Shown in pieces: positions 40,420 through 50,540 of a stretch of 64,000 nt of DNA. The notes under the pieces are model-generated. The model was given only the letters and a program-made list of their open reading frames with translations, did no database searches and was not told where the DNA came from. The DNA comes from Candidatus Bathyarchaeia archaeon (lineage in GTDB: Archaea; Thermoproteota; Bathyarchaeia; Bathyarchaeales; Bathycorpusculaceae), in contig JBEKKK010000001.1 of assembly GCA_050010755.1 (NCBI GenBank), positions 64,001-128,000 on the forward strand, in the 5' to 3' direction. The position numbers and the translations under genes were made by a program. Within the stretch, counting starts at the first letter, position 1. The number at the start of each line of letters is the position of its first letter.

Positions 40420-40592
40420 ATGCCGATTTCACTTTACGTTCACACAAAGTATTCGCCTGATTCATCAATAAATCTGAAAGCGCTGGCCGAGCAACGGAAA
40501 TCGAAGCTTCGTTGAATGTCGACGAGATTCTGAAGGCAATAAGGAGTGGTTCAGTCAAAGCTTCTTCAACCTGCAAGTCAATACGTTTTTAA
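40420..40592 (+). pseudogene. Collapsed remnant of a PHP-domain phosphoesterase gene
   Basis: VHTKYSPDSSINLKALAEQ (PHP N-terminal HxHT.YS.DS-like) joined out of frame to TEIEASLNVDEILKAIRSG (PHP C-terminal-like). Confidence 0.45.
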
Positions 40593-40634
40593 AAGAGCGC
40601 AAAACATGAATAGTGAACTAGCTGATGAAGAGAA

Positions 40635-41900
40635 ATGGGACAGTTGCAGTTAGGCTTTTTGGGCGGAACCCGGGAAGTCGGCAGGATAGCAATTGCGGTT
40701 AAAACCGAAAAAACGCAGATCCTGATGGATTATGGCGCCATGCTGGATCATGAGCCAGGGTTCCCCATGCACGTGCCTCCCAAGGACGTTGATGCCATAG
40801 TCTTGTCACACAGTCACCTGGATCACTCGGGAGCTATCCCGATATTCTATGTGCAGGGAAAGAAACCCTTGTACACAAACAGGATGAGCGCAGAACTGAA
40901 CCAGTTGCTGATTTCAGATTTCATTCACCTGTCCAGCTATTACCTGCCTTTTGAGTATCTTGAGCTCAAATCGATGACACAGAACAGTAAGCACCTAGAT
41001 TTCAACGTTGAACAGAAAGTTGGAGACATATCATTCCAGTTCAGGAACGCCGGACACATTCCAGGAAGTGTGCAAACGCTCGTTGAAGCTGAAGGAAAAA
41101 AGTTGCTGTACACGGGAGACTTCAACATCATAGACACAAGGCTCCTGGAAGGCGCGAAAATGGATTATAAAGACTTGGACGCTGTGATAATTGAAAGCAC
41201 CTACGCCAATGAGGAGCACACCGAACGCCAAGAACTCGAAAAACGGTTCGTAAACACATGCTCAGACGTCGTAGAGAAAGGAGGCACTGTCCTTGTCCCG
41301 GCTTTCGGAGTTGGAAGATCACAGGAACTCGCATGCGTACTCGCAGCTCATCATTTTGAGTACCCAGTCACGATTGATGGGATGGCGCGCGAGGTGAGCA
41401 GAGTGATGATGAGCTATCCCCAGTTCCTGAGAGATGGAAAAACCTTCGTTGATGCATTACACTCTACAACTTGGGTTGAAGGCTGGAGAGACAGGAGGAA
41501 AGCCACAAGAACTCCGGGCGTGATAATCTCGCCTGCAGGCATGCTCAAGGGCGGACCTGCAATGTTCTACATTTCGAAAATCGCAAAAAGATCAGATAAC
41601 GCCATCTTCTTGGTAAGCTATCAGATTCCAGGAACCCCTGGAAAAGAGTTGATGGAAAAGGGATTATGCGTCATCGATGGAAAAATGCGGAAAGTCAAGG
41701 CTAAAGTGCAACACTTCGATTTTTCGTCTCACTGCGGAGCAGGCGAGCTGAAAGAAGCGCTAAGCAGACTTGGCGGAAAACCCAGGGTCTTCGTGGTTCA
41801 TGGAGCAGAAGGAAACTGCGAGCTGCTGGCGAAATGGGCGAAGAATGAACTTGGTCTAGAAGCTTCGGCGCCCAGAACAGGGGACATCGTCAAACTCTAG
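40635..41900 (+). CDS. Metallo-beta-lactamase beta-CASP ribonuclease (aCPSF2-like)
   Basis: GGTREVGR, SHSHLDH, AGHIPGS, YTGDF, ESTY, PAFGVGRSQE, FSSH, VVHG; no KH domains. Confidence 0.9.
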   Translation: MGQLQLGFLGGTREVGRIAIAVKTEKTQILMDYGAMLDHEPGFPMHVPPKDVDAIVLSHSHLDHSGAIPIFYVQGKKPLYTNRMSAELNQLLISDFIHLSSYYLPFEYLELKSMTQNSKHLDFNVEQKVGDISFQFRNAGHIPGSVQTLVEAEGKKLLYTGDFNIIDTRLLEGAKMDYKDLDAVIIESTYANEEHTERQELEKRFVNTCSDVVEKGGTVLVPAFGVGRSQELACVLAAHHFEYPVTIDGMAREVSRVMMSYPQFLRDGKTFVDALHSTTWVEGWRDRRKATRTPGVIISPAGMLKGGPAMFYISKIAKRSDNAIFLVSYQIPGTPGKELMEKGLCVIDGKMRKVKAKVQHFDFSSHCGAGELKEALSRLGGKPRVFVVHGAEGNCELLAKWAKNELGLEASAPRTGDIVKL

Positions 41901-41913
41901 AGAGAAGGACAAA

Positions 41914-42471
41914 TTGGAAATTGGAATAGTGCGCGTCGGCCAAGTGGATTCTGAGATTATAACTGGAATCCAAGAAAGTCTTGAGACGATTTTTGAGGAA
42001 TCGAGGATCACGTTGATCTCAGAGACTCTGCCGCTGCCCGAAGAAGCCTACGTCAAGACGAGAAAACAGTACCGTTCGGACACAATCTTGGGGGCAATCC
42101 GCAACATTGCTGAAAGGTTCAATTCCTTCGATCGCATTCTCGGAATCGCTGACGTTGACCTTTTCGTTCCCAAGCTTAATTTCGTCGTCGGAGAGGGTGA
42201 ATATCCGGGGAAAGTGGCCGTCATTTCGTTGTGGAGACTCAGACCCGAGTTCTACGGAAAAGTCTCAGATGCCCAGGTTCTTGTTGAAAGAGGCACGAAA
42301 GAGGCAGTTCATGAGTTGGGACACACTTTGGGATTGAGTCATTGTGATAACCCGTTTTGTGTCATGTATTTTTCCAACTCCATCTTCGAAACGGACAGAA
42401 AGCAAAGCTTATTCTGCAACAAATGCTACGTGAAGACAACGGTAAAGGCCGATAAGGGTAAGGGTTCTTGA
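41914..42471 (+). CDS. Archaemetzincin zinc protease
   Basis: KEAVHELGHTLGLSHC...CVM.FSNS...D.K...C..C. Confidence 0.93.
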   Translation: MEIGIVRVGQVDSEIITGIQESLETIFEESRITLISETLPLPEEAYVKTRKQYRSDTILGAIRNIAERFNSFDRILGIADVDLFVPKLNFVVGEGEYPGKVAVISLWRLRPEFYGKVSDAQVLVERGTKEAVHELGHTLGLSHCDNPFCVMYFSNSIFETDRKQSLFCNKCYVKTTVKADKGKGS

Positions 42472-43292
42472 AAGAAGAGTTTAAGATTGAACCAATACAG
42501 CTGTTGCCGGTTTTGGCAAGCTTGGGATTCGGAATCCTGTGCGCCTATTTGGTATTGACATCTAGCATCACCCGTTACCAAGTCACACCGTTCCCAGAAG
42601 GTGTAGGATCGCTCGTTAACGCACTTTATTTTGTCATACTTGCCGGAGTCGGTGCAACACTATTATATCTACTCGTTAAACGCAAGAAACTGAGGATAAT
42701 CAGCATAATCACGGGCTTCGCCATAACACTTGCGATTCTCCTGCTCTCAATCGTCTACCTTTCTGCATTGTTCTCTCTGCTCGCAATATCCTCCACAACT
42801 GCGTTAATATTGACTCTGGCAGTTGCCACGTCTGTAACGGTCTTGGCGGATCTTGCGATTTTCAAGGTTCAGGGAAGGATTTCCAACGCCGTAATTCTTC
42901 TTCTGGGTGGAGGTCTAGGCGCGTTTCTCGGGGTTTCGATACCGCTTTACAGCGCGATGCTGATTCTGGCTTTCCTAGCTATTTATGACATATACGCAGT
43001 TTATCGCGGCCCCGTAGGAAAGATAGCTCAACAAGGACTCGATGAGCTCCACGGGTTGAGCTTCTCTTTCAGAGATTTTCAAATGGGACTGGGCGACCTC
43101 ACATTCTATTCAATGCTGACAGGCCTTGTCCTCGAAACTGCTGGCCCAATATTCTGCGCTGTTTCAACATTGGGCATAGTTGCCGGAGTTTTACTGGTTC
43201 TCAAAATGTTGGAAAAGAGAGGCATGTTCCCAGGGTTACCCTTCCCAGTGTTTCTCGGCCTTCTGCCACTGATAGTCTATCTTCTTCGGTAA
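42468..43292 (+). CDS. Presenilin/SPP-like intramembrane aspartyl protease (A22)
   Basis: AIYDIYAV (YD), MGLGD (GxGD), FPGLP (PAL-like); multi-TM. Confidence 0.88.
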   Translation: MKEEFKIEPIQLLPVLASLGFGILCAYLVLTSSITRYQVTPFPEGVGSLVNALYFVILAGVGATLLYLLVKRKKLRIISIITGFAITLAILLLSIVYLSALFSLLAISSTTALILTLAVATSVTVLADLAIFKVQGRISNAVILLLGGGLGAFLGVSIPLYSAMLILAFLAIYDIYAVYRGPVGKIAQQGLDELHGLSFSFRDFQMGLGDLTFYSMLTGLVLETAGPIFCAVSTLGIVAGVLLVLKMLEKRGMFPGLPFPVFLGLLPLIVYLLR

Positions 43293-43388
43293 ATCCGTGG
43301 TAATCAGCCAAGAATAAAAAAAAGGATTGCGATGATCTCAAAAGCCGTAGAAGCTAGCATTCAGTTATTATGCTCTACTTTCTGTTTC

Positions 43389-43568
43389 TCAGGAACTTGA
43401 AAGAACTAACCGAGTAGAGTTCACGCTAACTTCCAGTATTTTGCAGTTCTTGAATTCCTTGGATTGTCCGAGAACGTCTGTGACGGTTACGTTGCTGCCT
43501 TTGAGTTTGGCGAGGACGGCGTCCTTGAACACTGTTTCTCCGTTAAGAATCACTTTAAACTCGCACAT
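43389..43568 (-). CDS. cooT: CooT-family nickel-binding protein (59 aa)
   Basis: Manual translation MCEFKVILNGETVFKDAVLAKLKGSNVTVTDVLGQSKEFKNCKILEVSVNSTRLVLSSS; Cys2 and DVLG..K motif; shorter than any ORF in the track. Confidence 0.8.
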   Translation of the reverse strand: MCEFKVILNGETVFKDAVLAKLKGSNVTVTDVLGQSKEFKNCKILEVSVNSTRLVLSSS

Positions 43569-43678
43569 GTCTGCCCACCAAGTAAAGAAAAGAATCGGGT
43601 GGGTTATAAACCTCTTCTTTATGTGATGGTTGGATTGTTGTTCTCATCCGGAACGAAAGAGTTTTTGTCGGTTGTATT

Positions 43679-44686
43679 CTACTTCATGCTTTTGACGATT
43701 TTCAGTGCGACTTCTTCGGCTTTCATTGCGTCTTCGGCTGTCACCTGAGGTTTCTTGTGGTGGAGGACGCAGTCTATGAAGTGCTCGTCTAGTTGACGGT
43801 GTCCCCAGACTCTGGTGCCTTTAACATCCAGGTTCCATTCTTGCGGTTGTTCCCCTGACCCGTATAACAGAATCTTGTTGAAATTAATAGCGTGGATGAC
43901 ATCCGTGTTATCGCCGTATACCTCCAGTCTGCTGAGGGCTGCAGAAGGCGTCACCGAGGCACCGTAATGAAGTGAACCCACTGCACCGTTTGAGAGCTTG
44001 ACGACGCCCATCGTGTTGTAACCCAGTATTCCCCCGTATTTTTCGAGTTTGGGGTAGCTTGCCATCCATTGGACGTTTTCTATTTCGCTCTTGAACAGCC
44101 ATCTAAACATGTCCAATGACCAGACGGAGAGAGTGAAATCTGGGTAACCTCCGCTCTTTTCTATGTTCCAAGCCCAAGACCCAGCTGGCCACTGTTCAGC
44201 GATGCTTGAAGCAGGTATAAACTCGCGGAAATGGAAGGCTACTGCCTTGCCGATTAGGCCGGATTCTATCATTTCCTTCGTCTTAGCGTATATAGGTGCA
44301 AACCTGAACTGGAGAACCGGCATCAAAACCACCTTGTTCTTTTCAGCGGTCTTTTGAAGTTCTTTCACTTTGTCTATCGTTGGGGCGAGAGGCATCTCAC
44401 ATAAAACATGCTTACCTTTTTTCATTGCTTTCATAGCCAGGTCGAAATGCATTGGCGTCGGAACGGCTAGGACTACTGCTTGAATTTTTGGATCTTCCAA
44501 GAGTTTGTCAAAATCCAGATAGTATTTGACGCCATACTGTTCAGCAAGAGGTTTCACACGTTTTTCCGTAGTGGCTCCTAACGCAATCAGATCCGAGCCC
44601 TCGATTTTCTTGAAACTCGGTACATGCGCCTGTCCCCCCACGAAGCCTACTCCAACAACGGCGACACCCACTTTTTCTGACATCAA
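43679..44686 (-). CDS. Gfo/Idh/MocA family oxidoreductase
   Basis: GVGFVG..H, AVPTPMH, GKHVLCEMP, QFRFAP. Confidence 0.9.
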   Translation of the reverse strand: MMSEKVGVAVVGVGFVGGQAHVPSFKKIEGSDLIALGATTEKRVKPLAEQYGVKYYLDFDKLLEDPKIQAVVLAVPTPMHFDLAMKAMKKGKHVLCEMPLAPTIDKVKELQKTAEKNKVVLMPVLQFRFAPIYAKTKEMIESGLIGKAVAFHFREFIPASSIAEQWPAGSWAWNIEKSGGYPDFTLSVWSLDMFRWLFKSEIENVQWMASYPKLEKYGGILGYNTMGVVKLSNGAVGSLHYGASVTPSAALSRLEVYGDNTDVIHAINFNKILLYGSGEQPQEWNLDVKGTRVWGHRQLDEHFIDCVLHHKKPQVTAEDAMKAEEVALKIVKSMK

Positions 44687-44961
44687 CTCTCACCTGCTTA
44701 ATTCTTTGAAGAGCTACACTTTGTATAAAACACTTGCCCTCCCGTGTTTCTGAGAGAGGGTTTACTCCCATAAGAGTTCAAATCGAAGCTTGTTTGGAAA
44801 GAATTTGAACAAAAGAGGCATTCGGGAGATGTTTCAGAAGAACCGCTGGCGCTTTTTCCATGCAATTCCTGGCGCGTTGGACCAATGCACATTTAGGGTT
44901 AGGATTTGATAGTTATAATTCGTTAGCCCAGCGCACATTCTGATGAGCGCTATCGTGAAAG

Positions 44962-45441
44962 ATGAAGCAGATGCCCAATAAAGGCGAGAAGTCTCCCAGC
45001 GTCGATATATTCGAACTCTTAGAGGATACTGGAAAAAAAGAGAAGAAGAAAAGAAAGAAGGAAATTCTCGCACCCTTGGGCACGAAGGAATTCTTCCCTG
45101 AGGGGACCATAACCATTAACAAGAGAATTTGTCACGGCGTGGAATGCAAACTCTGCGTCAAAGCGTGCCCAACAAATGCCCTATTCTGGAAAGCGGGGGA
45201 AATCGGACTGACAGAAGATCTTTGCATATACTGCGGAGCATGTGTTTTGAGCTGCATCGTCGACGACTGCATCAAGATCACAAGGAAAAGATCAACAGGC
45301 GAAGTTGAAACGTTCAGCAAGCCAAGAGATTTCATAACGCAACAATGCAACGTCAACACAAGAAAACGCCTAGAACGAATTAAAGAGGTCTTCCCAGAGC
45401 CTGAAGATTATCTCAAGCGAAGAAAGAAAAAAACTCCATGA
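44962..45441 (+). CDS. 2x[4Fe-4S] ferredoxin-domain protein
   Basis: CHGVECKLCVKACP and CIYCGACVLSC. Confidence 0.88.
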   Translation: MKQMPNKGEKSPSVDIFELLEDTGKKEKKKRKKEILAPLGTKEFFPEGTITINKRICHGVECKLCVKACPTNALFWKAGEIGLTEDLCIYCGACVLSCIVDDCIKITRKRSTGEVETFSKPRDFITQQCNVNTRKRLERIKEVFPEPEDYLKRRKKKTP

Positions 45442-45561
45442 ATTTGACTAAATCTTTCGTTAACCAGCTCCTCAGCAACAAAGCGTATTCCGCGATCCAT
45501 TTGCGCCAGAAGGGAAAACATAAAGAACACGGCAAGCTAAGATTTCCCATGTGGAAGGGGC

Positions 45562-46362
45562 TTGAACCCGAAGGATAAAGAGAAAGCATTAACCCTCGTT
45601 TTCGTTTACAGCGGCGAGTTTTCAGAACGCGTGATAAGGAACGTTATCAACGATCCAAGCTTCTGCAAACCGTGCGGACTCTACTGTGATTCTTGCAAGT
45701 ATGGCGCTTACACTCATGTTCAAAACATAAAAGCAGCGATAGAGCTTCCAGGTCCTGCAGACCTTCCAGCCTTCATCGATAACCCCGATGAACACATGCC
45801 AAAAAGAATCCCCAAGGCAGACTTATGCATAGCGTCTGGTCTGCATAAGGATTTGCTGCTAGAGCTGCCAAATCATCTGCACCGGGCCGGGATGAAAGGG
45901 TTAATCGTTCCCATTGAGGATTTCGTGGAGGTTCCGATGGGCCTGAAGAAACAGATTGAAGAAAAGTGCCATGAACTTGGGCTTGAAAGTGCCTTTCCGA
46001 AACCTTTCTGTTCGTTAGAACCGTCCGAGAGCAAACCAACGATATCTCGATGCGTCACCGAATTGAAGATAGGAAAGCCCGTCTTGGAGATCTCGACTGA
46101 GAAGAAAGATAAGCGTGAGGTCATAGAGGCAGCGATTGCCAGACGAAGCGCCCCCTGCGGTTCCACGTGGTATGTTGCAAGAAAACTGACGGGAGTGGAT
46201 ACAGAGAAGGGTATTCTTTATGACGTAATTGCGAAGGCTCATCACAGTTATCCATGCACTGCAACGATGGGCGTCGACCCTGAAACAAAGGAGCCAATAC
46301 TTCACTTAGGCGGTTTCATCATACGAGAAGCCGTAGAAAAGGCATTAGAACAAAGAAAGTGA
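45562..46362 (+). CDS. DUF166-family protein with extra N-terminal Cys cluster
   Basis: FIDNPDE, HKDL, PKPFCSL, RSAPCGSTW.VA, HSYPCTA, LHLGG; CKPCGLYCDSC. Confidence 0.75.
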   Translation: MNPKDKEKALTLVFVYSGEFSERVIRNVINDPSFCKPCGLYCDSCKYGAYTHVQNIKAAIELPGPADLPAFIDNPDEHMPKRIPKADLCIASGLHKDLLLELPNHLHRAGMKGLIVPIEDFVEVPMGLKKQIEEKCHELGLESAFPKPFCSLEPSESKPTISRCVTELKIGKPVLEISTEKKDKREVIEAAIARRSAPCGSTWYVARKLTGVDTEKGILYDVIAKAHHSYPCTATMGVDPETKEPILHLGGFIIREAVEKALEQRK

Positions 46363-46400
46363 TAACGGCGCACTTTACGCTCTTCTTTAAGGAAGGGCTC

Positions 46401-48827
46401 TTAACTGTCGGTTTTCTCTCCCTGCGCAGGGGCTGATGGATATTCCTTGAGTTTTTCAGCCATTTGTTTGATGCGTTTGTCCACTCTGTAGTTGACGGTT
46501 TCTTCTTCGAAGGTTCCGTCCTCACGTCTTTCGCCAGCTTTGACGCCCGTTAGTACTTCTATTCCTTCGTCGATGGTTTTGACGGGGATTATGTGGAATT
46601 TTCCTTCTTTGACAGCATCGACAATTTCCTCTTTTAACATGAGGTTTTGCACGTTGCTTTCAGGCATCATCACCCCTTGTCTCCCAGTGAGACCTTTGGC
46701 TTTGCAAACCTCGAAGAAACCTTCGATTTTTTCATTCACTCCGCCGATGGCTTGAACCTCGCCCTTCTGGTTCACGGAGCCTGTGACAGCGAAGTTTTGC
46801 TTTATCGGTAGCTGAGAGAGAACTGAGAGGATTGCATAGAGTTCTGTGCTTGAGGCACTGTCACCTTCCACTCCCGCGTAGTTCTGTTCGAAAACGAGGC
46901 GTGCCGAGAGGCTAAGAGGCTTGTTTTGTGCGTACTTCTCGTTCAGGTAGCCGCTAAGGATCAGAACGCCCTTGGTGTGGATGGGTCCTCCTGTTTTGGC
47001 TTCACGTTCGATATCGATGACTCCTTCACGGCCGAGGCCCACACTAGCAGTCACGCGTGAAGGACTTCCGAACTCGAAGTCTCCCAGCTCCATCACAGAA
47101 AGGCCGTTCACCTGTCCTACACTCGACGACTCGGTGTCTATGAGCAGGATACCTCTTTTTATCATCTCGTCTATTTTCTCTTGTATCAGTTTCGAACGGT
47201 AAACCTTCTCTTCGATGGCTTTCTTTACATGAATCCCAGTGACAAACTTGGAGTTCTCTTGCGCCGCGTAGAAGTTGGCTTCCCGTATGGTGTCTGCAAC
47301 CTCGGCAAACCTGGTTGACAGTTTCTGCTGGTCTTCAGCCAGTCTTGAACTGTGTTCTATCAGTTTGGCCACGCCTGAACTGTCGAGGTGTTTTAGGTTT
47401 TCCTTCTCGCAAAGCATGCAGACGAAGGCAGCGTATTGTTGTACGTTTTCTTCGGTTCTGTCCATAGTCGTGTCAAAATCCGCTTTAACCTTGAAAAGCT
47501 GATTAAAATCCATGTCCAAGCTGTACAATTGTTGGTACAAGTAGGGGTCACCGATGAGAATCACCTTGACGTTCAGAGGAATCGGCTCGGGCTTCAAACT
47601 TTTTGTCGCTATGAAACCCAAAGTCTCTTCGAGCTCTTCGATAACTATATGATCGTTTTTCAAGGCTCTTTTCAAGCCATCATACGAGAATGAGTTGCGA
47701 AGCAGCTCTTCAACAGGAAGAATCAGATAACCACCGTTGGCCTTGTGTAATGATCCACCACGGATCATGGTGAAGTCGGTAACTAGGGCCCCAAATTGGG
47801 CTTCCTTCTCTATCCTGCCGAAAAGATGCTGATAAGTGGGGTTTAACTCTATCACAACCGGAGCGCCGCTGACGTTTGAGTTATCAACAATGGCGTTCAC
47901 TTCATACTTTTTGAAAGGCGTCTCCTTCATCCACCGAGCTGGAAAAGGAAGTTGTGGAGACTCCTCCCCCGCCTCTTTTATGAAGTGAGGTAGGTTGTTA
48001 AGAATGTCAGTTTGCACCTCGTCTATGTAAGTGGTCACATCCTGAAATTGCCCGTATTCCTCCTTCAAGGCAGTCACGATGTGTCCGATGGCGAAAATTG
48101 CAACGTCACGGTTGAGTTTCTTAAGAGTCTCGTCAGCTTTTCCTTCCAATTCTTTGAGTTGCCTCATAGCGCTTGTGAACTGATCTGTAAGTTGCCCTCT
48201 TTTCTTCTCGATTGCATCCCGTATTTTCGGGTCTAACGCGATGAAGTCTTGGTCGCTCACGGGTTTTCCTTTGATTACTGGAATCATGAGCCAACCGACT
48301 GGTGAGGCCTGCAGGATAAAACCCTGTTCTTGGGCCTGCTTCGTAAGTTGGGCGATTAGTTTCTGTCTTTCCTCTTCAACAGATCTGATCGCGGAGGCTC
48401 TTCTTGTGCCGTAATCCTCGCTTTCAAAGGCTTTCGGCAGAGCCCTCTGAGCTTCACTGACGAAAGTTGCCATGTCATCTCGAAGGTGTGTCCCTTTTCC
48501 AGCTGGAAGCTTTATGGCTTTAGGCTCGTATTGATTGTGAAAGTTGTTCACGTAGCACCAGTCAGACGGGACCAATCCGGTCTTGGCCAGATCCGACACA
48601 AAGTTCCTAACAGCCGTCGTCCTGCCTGTTCCAGGAAAACCTGCAACGTAAATGTTAAAACCGCGATCCCTGATTCCCAGCCCGAACTTGAGAGCCCTGA
48701 CAGCCCTCTCCTGGCCTATAATCTCCTGAAGAGGCGCCAACCCTTGCGTGGTTTCACACGGCATAATATCGGAAGTACATTCTCTTCTTATCTTCTCTGC
48801 CGACAACTCATCTACCATCGAACACAC
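46401..48827 (-). CDS. Lon-like protease, LonC type (degenerate AAA)
   Basis: IIGQERAV, GFPGTGRTT, HKANGGYLIL, GQVNGL, GVEGDSASS (catalytic Ser), GGVNEKIEGF (catalytic Lys); no TM insert. Confidence 0.9.
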   Translation of the reverse strand: MCSMVDELSAEKIRRECTSDIMPCETTQGLAPLQEIIGQERAVRALKFGLGIRDRGFNIYVAGFPGTGRTTAVRNFVSDLAKTGLVPSDWCYVNNFHNQYEPKAIKLPAGKGTHLRDDMATFVSEAQRALPKAFESEDYGTRRASAIRSVEEERQKLIAQLTKQAQEQGFILQASPVGWLMIPVIKGKPVSDQDFIALDPKIRDAIEKKRGQLTDQFTSAMRQLKELEGKADETLKKLNRDVAIFAIGHIVTALKEEYGQFQDVTTYIDEVQTDILNNLPHFIKEAGEESPQLPFPARWMKETPFKKYEVNAIVDNSNVSGAPVVIELNPTYQHLFGRIEKEAQFGALVTDFTMIRGGSLHKANGGYLILPVEELLRNSFSYDGLKRALKNDHIVIEELEETLGFIATKSLKPEPIPLNVKVILIGDPYLYQQLYSLDMDFNQLFKVKADFDTTMDRTEENVQQYAAFVCMLCEKENLKHLDSSGVAKLIEHSSRLAEDQQKLSTRFAEVADTIREANFYAAQENSKFVTGIHVKKAIEEKVYRSKLIQEKIDEMIKRGILLIDTESSSVGQVNGLSVMELGDFEFGSPSRVTASVGLGREGVIDIEREAKTGGPIHTKGVLILSGYLNEKYAQNKPLSLSARLVFEQNYAGVEGDSASSTELYAILSVLSQLPIKQNFAVTGSVNQKGEVQAIGGVNEKIEGFFEVCKAKGLTGRQGVMMPESNVQNLMLKEEIVDAVKEGKFHIIPVKTIDEGIEVLTGVKAGERREDGTFEEETVNYRVDKRIKQMAEKLKEYPSAPAQGEKTDS

Positions 48828-49082
48828 CCTCCATATTCTCAGAAAATCAATTTTTCACTCATAGAGATAAAAGTAACCCTTTTATCAGTTTCGCTTCCCA
48901 CCTTCAATGACAAAATCTTTTGCCCGCACATGCGCGCATGAATATCAAGCGTTGCCCAAATGCCATCTCCTTTGGAACGGATGATTCATTTCATTAAAGA
49001 ATTGGACGATGAACTTGCATATATGCACATGCCCCCACCTGGGCTATACACCTTAGGAATATGTTCGTATGTCTGGGGTGCA

Positions 49083-50522
49083 TCAAGCTTGTTTTTGCCA
49101 TTTGTCCTGCAGAAATTTAGGAATCTCAGAGGAATCTCTGGGACCAACCATGACTTGCCAGCCGCTGAGTTCTTCGATTTCGCCGCTGAGGCGCGCAGAT
49201 TTTCCGGGAATTATGATTTTCTTGTGTTTGACTTTGTTTTCAATTCCTGAAGCTTTTATGGCGTCCGCGATTTTTTCCGCGGTTAACTTTCTACCTGCAA
49301 CTGCGCTATCTACGGCTGTTCCTTCAGTGTCGACAACAAGCACGTACGCGTTGATTTTCGCGGATTCGATGTCTGAGGCGACTGTGAAATATGTGAGCGC
49401 GAAGTTTGTTGTGAACAATACCGGCGAGTTTTCTTCAGGAGTGCCGAACACTTTCAGTCCCGATTCCACGGCCACCGGCTTTCTTGGGTCGGTGTAAATG
49501 TTTTGCCGCAGTATCACGCTTGGGAGAAGTGACCAACCGTCAACGCTGTGCATGATAATGATGTCTGCGAAGCGGACGATGAGCATCGAAGCCAGGTAGG
49601 CTTCTCTCCACTTCACGATTTCGTCCACGGCTTCGCCTCTTTCCATCCAGGCGACCATGGGTACACCTATGAGCGGAAAGCCGCAGAGCTCGTCTCCTTT
49701 CTCGCACGCGGCCCTGCGAATCATCGTGAAGTTGTTCAGTGTGTCGGCCAGACCGTCGCTTGAGAAGGTGCCAGGGTCCAGGGCCAAGTGCTCAACGCCG
49801 TATTCTGTCAGAGTCTTGGCCAAGGATAGGAGCGTTTTCAAATCGTTTGGCGCGAGAACGGCGAGGGGGCAATTGTACATGAGGGCAAGCTCGGCCATTT
49901 CCTTCCAGTTGTCTTTCGTAGCTGCGTACAAGAGCGGTCTGGATTTCGGAATGGCCATTACTCCCGCCTCCAGAACATTGGGGTCTAAAGAGCACAAAAC
50001 GAGTGGTAGGTTCGTGTTGTCTGCCACTTTTTTGACGGTGGCTGCGAACTTTTCAGGGTCTTTTGAAGTGGAGCGGATGGCAACCATGTTGAGTCTCAAC
50101 GTCTGTCCTATGTACTCGAAGTTGAAGCCTTCAGTCCGCTTAACCCGGTCCAACATGATTTCATCAGTCATTTCGTCTGTGACGTCGATGGCGATTGCCG
50201 TCGGGTTGGTGTACGTGAACTCGTGTCGGTACATGACGAGTTTTCCGCCGATTTTCACAGCTTTGTCACCGACGCCTACGGTAACTTCTTTTATGGCTGG
50301 TTTCAGCATTTCTTTCAGTTGTCTGTAGGCTTTCTCTTGCATTTTGGCCAGGAGCGGTTTGCATTTTTCAAGAGTTACTTCGCGGTTGACGAGTTTTGTC
50401 GCGAAAGCTAAGCAGTTTTCTTCTCCGCACTCTTTGCAGTTCGTCTTTGGAAGAAGCTTGTAAACGTCTATCGGACTTAGCTCTTTTATGCCGACTCTTC
50501 CCTTTCCTTCCTTCTCACTCAT
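49083..50522 (-). CDS. cdhE: ACDS gamma subunit (corrinoid Fe-S protein, large)
   Basis: LPKTNCKECGEENCLAFA, RHEFTY.NP, IYTDPRKP, TTNFALTYFTV. Confidence 0.95.
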   Translation of the reverse strand: MSEKEGKGRVGIKELSPIDVYKLLPKTNCKECGEENCLAFATKLVNREVTLEKCKPLLAKMQEKAYRQLKEMLKPAIKEVTVGVGDKAVKIGGKLVMYRHEFTYTNPTAIAIDVTDEMTDEIMLDRVKRTEGFNFEYIGQTLRLNMVAIRSTSKDPEKFAATVKKVADNTNLPLVLCSLDPNVLEAGVMAIPKSRPLLYAATKDNWKEMAELALMYNCPLAVLAPNDLKTLLSLAKTLTEYGVEHLALDPGTFSSDGLADTLNNFTMIRRAACEKGDELCGFPLIGVPMVAWMERGEAVDEIVKWREAYLASMLIVRFADIIIMHSVDGWSLLPSVILRQNIYTDPRKPVAVESGLKVFGTPEENSPVLFTTNFALTYFTVASDIESAKINAYVLVVDTEGTAVDSAVAGRKLTAEKIADAIKASGIENKVKHKKIIIPGKSARLSGEIEELSGWQVMVGPRDSSEIPKFLQDKWQKQA

Positions 50523-50540
50523 ACAAGTCCACCTTAAAGT

